A stretch of DNA of 62,662 nucleotides, the filler included. It is 10 parts of 10 records of this genome, joined end to end, with 100 filler letters (N's around TTAATTAATTAA, not from the genome) between each part and the next. Parts side by side here need not be neighbours in the genome. Positions count along the whole stretch, not along the records: positions 10,591 to 14,353 come from SRR15195285_5384; positions 14,454 to 19,966 come from SRR15195285_5387; positions 20,067 to 23,847 come from SRR15195285_5403; 7 more parts are not named here. One strand, 5' to 3'. Shown piece by piece: positions 10,789-20,629 of the stretch (position 1 is its first letter; the number at the start of each line of letters is the position of its first letter). The translations under genes and the position numbers were made by a program. The notes below the pieces were generated by a model. The model had not been told where the DNA came from. It made no database searches and saw only the letters and a program-made list of their open reading frames with translations.

Positions 10789-13332
10789 ATGGAACATGTC
10801 GCCGCAGGGTAAGTAGTTCTAGCGGTGTGATGGAAGGGTGCAGAGCTGCGCAGGACGACGCCCCCTGTGCTCTCTTTGTTCAAGTGCAAGTTAGGGGTCC
10901 AATGGTGTGGATGTAGGGCGCTAGCACGCTCTGCTAGAGACCCGCCAGAGCTTCTGTCGAGCTTCATCGGGGTTCCATCTCGTAGGTGGGCGGCTGACGG
11001 TGCTGGACAGCGGACGATCGGGGTCCGTGTGTTTCGTGCGTGTGTGCTGAGGTGTACTCGTGTGCGCACAGGGATGAGGTGGAGATGGAGATGGAGGAGC
11101 AGCCGCCGTTGATAGGCGGAAGCAAGCCCAAGGAGAAGAAAAAGAAGGGTAAGGGCGGCGGTGGCGTGAAGCCCAAGCCGGGCGGGAGCGGGAAGTGGAG
11201 CGCGCCTGTGAAGGGAGACCACTCGATCGCTGTGGCTGCTCCAGAGGTGGCGGGCCCAGGAGACCACGGTGGGCGTGGGCCCGGCCATACTCGCAACTCC
11301 TCCATCGGCAGCTCGGCAGGCACTGGGCTGACGGCGGGCGGCGCGAAGCACTCGCGGTCGACACCCTCGCCGACGGCGACGCTGCGAAAAGGCACGCCGT
11401 CGCCCACCCAGAAGGGGGGCAAAGGTGGCCGCTCCGGCTCTGCGTCTCCACGAGCTGCGTCACCGGGAATGCCGCCAGGCTCTCCGAGCCCGCCCGCACC
11501 CGATGTTGGCATGGGGGAAGGGAGACGAAAGGGAAACTCGCCGACTACGGCCACAATGTGGCGAGGGGGTGTCGCTGCTGATAGCCTCGCCGGTGGCGTG
11601 AACAAGCGCCGGGGACCACGGGGTCACACGGTCTCCGGTGGTCCGTCGCGCAGTGGCGGGGGCAGCGCCAATGCTGGCCGCAAGCAACCCGCAGGGAAGT
11701 CGAAGGCTCAAATGAGCAAGTCCTTCGACGAGCGCAACATGCAGGCCATCAAGAACGCCTTCCACGCACCGGACAGCTCCGCGACCAGGGGCCAAACACA
11801 GGTCCCAGCACCAACGATGCAAAGTGCAGGCTGGGCCGTCCCTGACGGTGCGATAGACGACCGGGACGAATCCGAAGACTTCGTGCTGGATGAGGAGCTC
11901 TGCTCGCTGCACGAGGAGAGCATTCACGACGACGAGGAGGAGATGGCAGCCGTCAGTGGCGACCTCGACGCCCTATCTGGCGACCACAGCATTGGCTCCT
12001 CCTTCACGTCTGGTTCAGCGCTCGGAACCGGGGCGTTCCTGCCGGTTGGGAAGGCGCACGGCATGACGGGTCTAGAGGAGTGGGTGGCTGAGGCAGCGGA
12101 GCAGAAGATGATGCCTGTTCCCCAAGGAAAGCAGCGATTGGATGATCTGCTGTCAGAGTCGGAGCACTACCCGTCGAAGAACCCGGAAGAGATCCAGGTG
12201 TGTTCGAGTCACTCAGCTGTACCCTTGCCTTGTCGCCGCGTGCGTGTCACCATGTAATACCATCTTCACGAGCTGGCTGTATCGGTGCTGCCACGCTGCC
12301 TCTCAGATTAATCCAGACATGATTGGCAACAACATCTGGAACCGAATGAAGGCGTTGGAAAAGCTTGTTGAACTGCAGCGAAATGCACAGGCACAGCCGG
12401 CTGTGGATGGCGGCGGTGGTGCTCCCGCTCCCTTGCCTGTCCAGCCGATGACAAGCGGCAGCATTCCGGTGCACTCAATGTCGGTCAAAGACATCGAACG
12501 AGAAATTCTGTCGCTCTCCGATACGTATCCACCTCGTTCTGCGGGTAGTGTCACCGTCGCCGGCGGTATTGCACAGCAGCTCGGAGCAGGTGCAGAGGCT
12601 TGCACGCTGCAACGCCAAATGTCTGGCGGTGCTGCCGCTCCTGATGCAGAGATGATGATCCGTGGCGGTGGACGAGGGCGCGAGCATGTCGCGGCATCGC
12701 CACAGTCGAACGGTTCCAAGAACTTCACAAACAAAATGCAGGTTCCAAGGATTGACCTCGGCGCAATCAATTCCGGCGGTGGCGGTGGTGGTGGCGGTGG
12801 CAGCAGCGGGACCAGTGGAGTCGATGGCATGACCACTGCACCTACTGGTATTGCGGCGCCGATTCACGTAGAGACTGGATCAAGCTATGCTGAGTCAGAC
12901 GATGGCTACGCCGGCTCCAGGGACGATGACGTGAGTTCGCTACTGGGCTAGATTTTGTCTTTTCAGAGACATCCCCGTGACATGAATCCCGATTGACGTG
13001 TGTGCGCGGGTGACCGTGCATGCGTGCCGATGTGCGCAGGAGGAGGAGGCTTGCCTTGCAGGGCAGGTCAGTCAGCTCAAGCTGCCAGACTCGCCATCTG
13101 GGTCCATGTCAAGTGCGTGAAGTCAGCCAACGTAGCCGCATTGCGCCTTGGGGCGAGGAAATCTATGGCCTCAGCTGTTTCATATAAATCTAAGCGCTAA
13201 CACTCTTTGTACCGTACGACAGGTGGGACCGGTGCTGGGTCTGTGGGTGTTGGTGGAGATTTCCGTTCGCCTCGCTCAGCGTTCTCAACGACCTCTTCAC
13301 AGGCCGGATCTGACAGTGGCGGTGGCGCATAA
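10789..13332 (+). CDS. Low-complexity, largely disordered Gly/Ser/Pro-rich protein of unknown function, 5 exons
   Basis: Introns 10809-11071, 12198-12306, 12931-13039 and a fourth near 13113-13222 link ORFs 11040-12257 and 12142-12951 in frame to TAA at 13330-13332. Start codon uncertain. Confidence 0.55.
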
Positions 13333-13435
13333 CAGCGATGGTTTTGTTGAAAATCATTTAGATGTGGTTTGAGTACGCTGAACGTGACAGAACCATTCTT
13401 GTCGTAAGCAAGACCGCTCAAGTGCCGTGTCCGCA

Positions 13436-14353
13436 CTACCAGCTGCTCCCGCCTCTGCTGTGCTCGACACCCACGTCTGCAGTGACAAGAGCGCGCATCA
13501 ACTGTAGCTCCCCTTGCAATTGGTGCATGGCGGTATCCACTCCTGCGACAGGCTCAGTCCACTCTTCGGCCCTTCTGGTTTCATGCTGGGACGCTTGCCG
13601 GGCGTCAGCAATAAATGCAGATAGCTCAGCATCCTCTCTCAGTGTCTGTGCTCGCAATTGCTCCCACGTCGGCCCAGCATTGACCGCATCCGATGATGGC
13701 TGCTCGTTTTGTTTCCCCCTTCGTGTCCGAGCGTCAACGCGAGCCTGCACTCGACCCTGCGTATCCGTGCCATGCCGCCGTTGAACTGCCCCCTTGTTCC
13801 GCATCCCCTTCTTCCGCGACCCGGTAGCGCTGGCAGACCTTGCTGCTGGTGCCGGCCGCCGCTGTCGTTTCTTCTCAATGGCTTGCTCAATGGCCTGTTG
13901 GTCGAGAGCATCGGCTACGGCACCTTCGCCAAGTTCTCGAATATCACGATGCAAACTCTCGAGCTCGAGTTGCGCAACGGTAGTGGCAGCAGATGACAAA
14001 ATTGAAGACATACCGTCGACAGACGTGGCTGTTGAAGTCTCCGACACAGGTTCCTGCCCCCAAGCTGGGTCCGCGCCGTATGTATCTACAGCAGGGCCTA
14101 CGGCATCATGCGTCGCATGCAATGGTGCACCAGAGAGCCAATCCTCCGCCACAGCCATCACATGTTCCGCAGAAGCATCAGCAGGCGCAGCCCGCCCCTG
14201 CCCATCTGCACTCAGCTTCTGTGTCATTTGATCTGAAAGAGAGTTCAGCTGCTTCAGCCCGTTGAGCAACATCTGCATTCGGTGCCTCGCCGCCACATCT
14301 TCTTCTGTAGCCTCAAGAGCTACCTCTGGCTCTGGCTCTGGCTGTGGCTCTGG
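13436..14353 (-). CDS. Hypothetical coiled-coil protein, 5'-partial
   Basis: Frame open to the contig end, begins in PEPQPEPEPE repeat, helical Ala/Glu/Gln-rich composition. Confidence 0.55.
   Translation of the reverse strand, partial: PEPQPEPEPEVALEATEEDVAARHRMQMLLNGLKQLNSLSDQMTQKLSADGQGRAAPADASAEHVMAVAEDWLSGAPLHATHDAVGPAVDTYGADPAWGQEPVSETSTATSVDGMSSILSSAATTVAQLELESLHRDIRELGEGAVADALDQQAIEQAIEKKRQRRPAPAARSASATGSRKKGMRNKGAVQRRHGTDTQGRVQARVDARTRRGKQNEQPSSDAVNAGPTWEQLRAQTLREDAELSAFIADARQASQHETRRAEEWTEPVAGVDTAMHQLQGELQLMRALVTADVGVEHSRGGSSW
14326..14353. repeat. (CTCTGG)n hexamer repeat encoding PEPEP, at contig break
   Basis: ctctggctctggctctggctgtggctctgg running into spacer. Confidence 0.8.
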
Positions 14354-14453
14354 NNNNNNNNNNNNNNNNNNNNNNNNNNNNNNNNNNNNNNNNNNNNTTA
14401 ATTAATTAANNNNNNNNNNNNNNNNNNNNNNNNNNNNNNNNNNNNNNNNNNNN
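14354..14453. other. Artificial contig spacer
   Basis: N44-TTAATTAATTAA-N44. Confidence 0.99.
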
Positions 14454-17400
14454 TGCAAGAGGCGCTGCCAGCATATCTTCTTCTAGAGATCGTCAAGAAT
14501 AACCGGGCGTCGTGGCTGCGCTGGATCAAAAAACACGACCTCGAAAAGACAGGCAAGGACCCAACGCGCCACACTCCAGCGACGCGGCGTAAGTTCTACA
14601 AAGATCCTCATGCTAAGAAGGTTCTCCCTGGTCAGCCTGCAAAACCGGCTACGGTGGCTCCAGCCAAAAAGGAGCCGAAATCTGCGGCGAAGAAGGAGGC
14701 GAATGCTTCGATGAAGAGAACAGCAACCTCAATACCAGTCTCGCCTGCCGGCGCCCCTAGCAAGCGCAACTCGAAGATGTCGGTGATTCTTGCCAGGGCA
14801 CGTGATTACGGAGTCGAGCAAGCTGAACTTGATGCCGCCATGGATGCTGCTGATCCACGCGAAGCAGTGGTGCGTTACAGTTGCGATTGTACTTTTGCCA
14901 CACACAAAGCTATTATGCTAGACCCGATGATGAAATTTTGACAGTTTCGATTTGAATGGAGAATTTAGACACTCTATAATATGTTGCTTCAAAACACCTC
15001 TAAGAAGTTCTGAGGACTAGACAAAAACCGTTTACATACTGGCACGCCTCGCTATCGCGTCCATGAATTGAACCATGTTGTCACTGCGTGACTGTGAGCA
15101 GGTTGGTGTGATGGCACAGTTTTTGACGAAGGCACACAAGGTTTCTGCACTACTCGAGCAGGCCCGTGCGGCGGGACTCCCCCAGACATCGTTGGATGCC
15201 GCCCTGGACGAGGATGACTCCAAGACAGCAGTTGCAGCACTACTTGCCCGTGGCGGCGCCGATATCGCTGCGCCATCGGACCCACCGCCTGCTAAGAAGA
15301 GGAAGACGAGCACAGCCCGCTCAGATGGCAAGGAGGTAGAACGAGCTGAGGCTGAGGATGAAGAAGAACCTCAAGAAGAATGGAAAGTAGATCGCGACGA
15401 CACCGCCGTCTGGAAGTTCGTCAAAGATAATCGGGAAGGATGGGTCGAATGGTTGGTTTCATCTCGGATGGCGAGCATCGGTCGCGACCCTGCACGGCAC
15501 GATGCCGCTACACTTAGGCGGTTCTGGAATAGCGAGCACCCACTGCCACAAAACGCATTTGGTAAAGCAGATGAAAGTTTGTTGCGAGAGATTGTGTCTC
15601 TGGCGGCGATGCGGGATGAGTTTGTTGAATACCTCAAGATCGCACCACTGAAGCTCTCCAAGACTGTCAGGTGCGAGCCTATCAGCTGCAGCCGCTCGCG
15701 CACGCTGGTCACAACGATCAACGAAAGACGAAAACAAATTCATGCTTTTATTTCAGAGTATTCCCTGGTTGACACGAATCGATAGGACTGACATTGAACG
15801 TTGCGAACCCTATTTATACAGCCGCCATCCGAACACAACCATCCGCAATGCTAACCAATACGGCGTTTCTCTTGTGTTCGCAGGAAGCAGTTCGACGCCA
15901 AGCGGCACTCGTGGCGGACACTAGCGGCGTTTATCGCCAGCCTGACATCGGCTTCGCACAGGGAACTGGCATGGGCTTTTTACGACCGGGAACATCCAGC
16001 GCCGAAAGCTGACCCGGACGAGCTTGCAGCTGCGACTGCTGAGAAGCGGAAGTCCTCAGACAGTTCGCGGCGCAATGCTTCATCATCGTCTACAAGGAGG
16101 TCGGGCAAATATCCTCAAGGAGGCATCTGGGATTTGATCCGACGAACTGAGGAGCATCCGGACTACAAGCGGCTGTATGGCCGCTTTCCAAGCAGCGGCG
16201 ACTGGCACAAAACTCCGCGAGAAGTTCCTGCTGCTGCTCGAGTAGCAGGGTGCACGCCACCGGAATTGATGGGAATGGACTGTGAGATGGGTGAGACAGC
16301 TGAAGACGAAAATGCAGTCACTGGACTCGGTGTGGTGGATGACGAAGGCGAGACTGTCTTGGATGAGCTGATTCGCCCGCCGAGTGAACTACTTGACGTT
16401 CGAACTGAGATCACAGGTTTTAAGATCTCCGATTTTGACGGTGCGTCTATTCGACATCCAGATCGTATTGATTAGGCTACGATGATGATCCAATTGTTTT
16501 GTCACTACGTCTGATTTGATTTCCTGAAATACGGCTGATCGTGACGCATAGCATACCACGTTCTGAGTGCTCGCTTCTATGTTACCACCAATCTGTTTGT
16601 GTATCACTATGCTGCTTTTAAACAAGCGTTCAATGTCATTCTGTTGTGCGCGGTAGATGTCAAGGTCACCCTTGCTGACGCACGTCACGTACTCATGGAC
16701 GAGATTGAAGAGCGGAAGAAAGCTGTTGGAGACGAAGGCATGGTTGTCCTTGTAGGTCACGCACTTCATCACGACCTAAAAGCGATGCATATGGACTACT
16801 GGCCTGTCATTGACACCTCCTTCATCTACAGCTACGAAGGTCTACCGCGAGCTACTCCCGCCCTCGCACAACTTGCCACGATGGTGCTCAAGCGTTCGAT
16901 TCGCCAAGAGGTCGATTCGCACCATTCTCAAGTCGAGGACGCACTGGCCTCACTGCAGCTAGCACAGCATCAGCTTGAACACGGAGAGGTTCGAACGCTA
17001 CCTCCTCCCGACACAGTTGTTCCAGCGCCGGCTCGGAAACGGCTGCTTGTCCATAAGCTACCTGCGTCTACGGCGCGTCGGGACGTGGCGAAATTGTTCA
17101 AAGGCTTGGTTCCTGCCGCCGAGGGTGTAGCGGCACACATGTGCAAGGTTGTTGCAGTGATTGACGGCAACAGCATTCCCAAAGACGACAACGATGAAAT
17201 TCCAAAAGAGGCAAAAGCTATGACAGTGAGTCCATTTGCTTAACCCGCACCCTCCCAAGCCAGATCATGGCTTGGGTACTTAGACATACACATTGTACTG
17301 CGAATCAATTGGACGATGAAAATCAATTCATGCTAACCTATACTGAAAGGCCCCACTCTGCAAAGAGAGGGATAGCTGACTGACACGAATCGATAGGACT

Positions 17401-18607
17401 GACGTTGCTTCGCACCTGCATATACTAGTTTTCATAACGTGATGCTCGGCCACATATTCACAACTTTTCATGTGCATTTTGGCAGGCTGCGCTGAAGTCG
17501 AAGTCGGTAACAGTGTGCTTCAAATCAGAGGCTGATTGCAACTGGGCATTCAAACAGCTCACAGGAGACGAGCACGCAGACAACCTTGGCCGGCCAGAGA
17601 AGCGCAACGCAGGTTCACTCGGGGTGACGGTGCGCATGTCTTGTTCGGAAGGAGGGCGGCAGTTTGCCTCGAGCAAGGTCAGTGCCCTGAAGTCTGTAGC
17701 GGCGGCGAAGAAAGACAAGAAACGAGCTGCGAAGTCCTCAGCGAAGGTACAGAAGCCGACGGTGGCGAAGGCCCAAGAATCTGACGATGAGGACGATGAT
17801 GACGATGAAGATGCGGCAACCCTAGTTGCCGCAAACAGCGAGAGTGATGAAGACAACCAAGACGATGAGGAGGACGGTGAAGAGGAGGATGCTGACGACG
17901 ATGGCGACGATGGTGATGATGAGTCGGATGAGGATACCGAGAATGCAGCTGGTGCTGTCAAAATGGCTACTGAGGAAGCGCTCCACGCAGCTTCGGAGGC
18001 AGAAGACGAGGATGATGAAGACTTGTCAGTTGACGAGGATAGCGGCAGCGATAGTGGTAGCGACGATGACGATGACGAAGACAGTATTAGTGACACTGAC
18101 GATGAACTGACTACTCGCACAAGTACGGCATCGAAAAAGAGCACCACTGCAAAACGGAAGGTACCTTCACCGAGCTCTGGTGCCAATGGCGTGGCTGGCC
18201 GTGCCCAGACTAAACTTACCGCTGCGGCGATCGCGAACATGAAAGTTGCGGAGCTGAGGCAGGCTTGTGCAGATCGTAAGCTTAAAAAGACAGGCAACAA
18301 AGAGGAGCTGCGACAGCGCCTCGCAGCGCAGATAATCCTCGAGCTGCGCGAGAGGAAGGCGGCGAAGGAGTCGATGGCTGCAACAGCAGAGGCACTCCCG
18401 AAGAAACGAAAAAGGCAACGAATTTCAGGAGGAACTAGTACGGAGGCGGTGCTAGACACGGAGGAGCTTGTGGCATTCGCGAAACAGCAGCGGCCCGCAT
18501 GGCTTGCCTGGCTGACCAAGCACGCGAAGAAAGGCAAGACAGCCGCAAAGGACCCGGCACGGCATACTGAGGATGATCTCCGGTCATTCTGGCAGTCGCT
18601 GCAGTGA
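14454..18607 (+). CDS. DEDDh 3'-5' RNA exonuclease, SDN (small RNA degrading nuclease)/REXO1-like, with RRM, acidic tract and SAP domain; 5'-partial; snoRNA host gene
   Basis: Introns 14870-15101, 15671-15883, 16441-16656, 17226-17485 all splice in frame. Catalytic motifs 'GMDCEM', 'LVGHALHHDL', 'VIDTS', 'HSQVEDA'. 'LIRRTEEHPDY' precedes the nuclease as in plant SDN1. RRM 'RLLVHKLP...VCFKSEADCNWAF'. SAP 'MKVAELRQACADRKLKKTGNKEELRQRL'. Confidence 0.85.
14918..15020 (+). ncRNA. Intronic box C/D snoRNA (U61/SNORD61-like; 18S rRNA 2'-O-methylation guide)
   Basis: C box ATGATGA 14927-14933, D box CTGA 15010-15013, terminal stem CTAG(a)CC/GG(a)CTAG. The 13-nt guide CCTCTAAGAAGTT is the reverse complement of the conserved eukaryotic SSU sequence AACUUCUUAGAGG. 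Confidence 0.8.
15712..15803 (+). ncRNA. Intronic box C/D-like snoRNA, paralog A (target unresolved)
   Basis: Closing stem CAACG-a-TCAA/TTGA-a-CGTTG, degenerate C box AAGACGA (15725-15731), D box CTGA 15788-15791. Shares AATTCATGCT and a 23-nt identical block with the intron-4 copy. Confidence 0.6.
16476..16571 (+). ncRNA. Intronic box C/D snoRNA with 18S rRNA antisense at D'
   Basis: C box ATGATGA 16482-16488, D' CTGA 16511-16514, D CTGA 16563-16566. TTGTCACTAC upstream of D' is complementary to conserved SSU GUAGUGACAA. Confidence 0.7.
17299..17414 (+). ncRNA. Intronic box C/D snoRNA, paralog B (target unresolved)
   Basis: Closing stem TGCGAA-t-CAAT/GTTG-c-TTCGCA, C box ACGATGA 17313-17319, D' CTGA 17343-17346, internal CTCT-GCAA-AGAG GNRA hairpin, D box CTGA 17399-17402. 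Confidence 0.7.
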
Positions 18608-19362
18608 TGTTGGTCCGAACGATTATGTGCTGCACTGCGTGGATTGGTGGGCTCCAAATTGTTTTCAGGTGCGTACGATGCCCTTTCAGGTGTTTAGAGA
18701 GACAGAGAGAGAGGCAATGTGCACTTTGCAAGTGACGAAAACATCATCAGCTTTGCCGTGAAGCGTTAAGGCAGGGCCACTTGCTGCAGCCACGAGCCGC
18801 TGGCTGGGCTGTGGAGAGGGGTCCGCGCAGTAGATCCCCAGCTTTTGCTCCGGGTTGTGCTCTGTTGGTATCCGACTGGGCATAATCCAGAACACATGAG
18901 GCTGGCGAGAAACTGCACCTTGCGCGAACAAAAACATGACGACCAAGAGTCGCGAGATAGTACTTGATGCAAAACAGCGCGTAGCTGCCGTCTAGTATGG
19001 CGGGGAAGCACACGGACGCTGCCTTGCGTGCCAGTAGAGCTCACTGTGTGTGTTGGTGTGCTGGTGGTGTAGGTGGTGTACTCTAATTTCTCTCAAGTGC
19101 TTGGTTGAGTCCCCATTGAGCAAAGGATAGCTGGGCATCACCCACAGTTACAGCGGCTTCCGGGGTATGCGTAAATGCAATCGGCCGTTCGGATGATCAA
19201 TTCATGCTATATTTATTGACGATTTACTGGGTCGGCACTGCACCGCAGCCGCAGCCACGCCACCAGCACCGACCCTGCCAGCACAGTGCAGACCCCTAAG
19301 TGGTGCCAGCCAGCGCGTGAACAAAAAGCCCATGTGCATACACGCCGCACGCCGAGCTCCAT

Positions 19363-19815
19363 TCAGACCTTCGGAGCCCACGATGGAGCGCGCGTGCCCG
19401 CAGCCGCCTGCTGTATCCGTGCGGCGTCAAGCCGACTAACCTCGCCCTCCTTCTCTGGCATCTTGACCAGAGACTCAGGGTTGCCTAAGCGCTCCTCGAG
19501 CTCCTCGTCGTAGCGGCAGCCCAAGTAAACCATGTTGTACCACATCGCAGACAGCCGGTCGACCTCCTCGGCTTCTTCCTGCGTGTCCGTGCCCAGACCC
19601 TCGTCGCGCATCTTATCCACCCAGCCGCAGCGCGCGACGAACGAAGTGCCCGACTCCCACGGCTTCCGCTCCAGCGTGTACGTGCCTGAGCCGTCGGCGA
19701 ACTCGAGCTTGTACTCCGTTTGCGACACATCCATCCTCCCGCCCGCCCTCTCCGCATCCGCTGTACCACCCGAGGAACCGAGCTGCGCCTCCTCCGCGCT
19801 TCGCTTCTGCGCCAT
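19363..19815 (-). CDS. XRN2-binding domain (XTBD) protein, CDKN2AIPNL/PAXT-1-like
   Basis: 'ERKPWESGTSFVARCGW...RLSAMWYNMVYLGCRYDEELEERL' matches the XTBD pattern R..ES...W..R / LS..w.N...LGC.Y. Single exon. Confidence 0.75.
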   Translation of the reverse strand: MAQKRSAEEAQLGSSGGTADAERAGGRMDVSQTEYKLEFADGSGTYTLERKPWESGTSFVARCGWVDKMRDEGLGTDTQEEAEEVDRLSAMWYNMVYLGCRYDEELEERLGNPESLVKMPEKEGEVSRLDAARIQQAAAGTRAPSWAPKV

Positions 19816-19966
19816 CACAGCGCCGCGCTGACAACAGCGCCGTCAAAGTTCAGCCCCTGCACTCTCTCGCAGCCCCTCCACGTCCTCTCGCCCAGCGTGC
19901 AGCCAGCGGGATAGGCAGTGCGCTGCGCTGCCCAGTCAGTTGTATGGGGGAAGAAACGGGGCGACC

Positions 19967-20066
19967 NNNNNNNNNNNNNNNNNNNNNNNNNNNNNNNNNN
20001 NNNNNNNNNNTTAATTAATTAANNNNNNNNNNNNNNNNNNNNNNNNNNNNNNNNNNNNNNNNNNNN
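19967..20066. other. Artificial contig spacer
   Basis: N44-TTAATTAATTAA-N44. Confidence 0.99.
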
Positions 20067-20216
20067 GGAATGGATTTTGCATGATCGGAATTCTGAGCGG
20101 TTCTGAGAATTCTCGAATCGACTGCATGCAGAATTCTGAATTCCGATTATGACTGACTGGATTTCTGACTGAAATCGATCCGTCCAAGCTTTCATATACG
20201 AATATTGCACGGAGCA

Positions 20217-20265
20217 GGTATTCGAATAGTACTAGAATACAGTACTATGATAATAAGTATATCGA
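20217..20265. promoter_or_regulatory. Palindrome-rich island upstream of TPK channel
   Basis: TATTCGAATA, TAGTACTA, AGTACT clustered in an AT-rich patch. Confidence 0.3.
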
Positions 20266-20629
20266 GCACGATGGGCGGCAGGGCTGATGGCTGAGGGGCT
20301 GGGCGCCTAACCACGCTGCTGCTCTACCTCTGAGTACCTTCTCTGCCCGCTTGGAAGCGCCCCCCCCTGCGCCCTGCCCGCCTGGGGGGGTCGTTCAAGA
20401 GCGTGGCGGCTGTATCTGAGGGTTGGGGGGAGGGAGTGCTGTGTGCACTAGCTGCGTTGCGAAGGCGCGCGAGACGTGAACGGGAACACACGCACGGCGT
20501 GCTGGACTGTGTGCACTGGGGTCTATCGGCGCAGGGGCCCCGGAGCCCCCCCGGAGCGCGGAGGAGAGGCGTGAGGCGAGAGAGGAGCAGCAATCTGGTA
20601 GGAGCTGGTCCTGCATAGCTTTGGGCGAG

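Noticed and set aside
17458-18657. 399-aa antisense Ser-rich ORF and the many similar shadow ORFs
   Set aside because: Mirror frames of real GC-rich genes with low-complexity codons.
19091-19156. H/ACA snoRNA (CTCAA..TTGAG hairpin, AAAGGA, short hairpin, ACA)
   Set aside because: Second hairpin too short, no clear pseudouridylation pockets or target.
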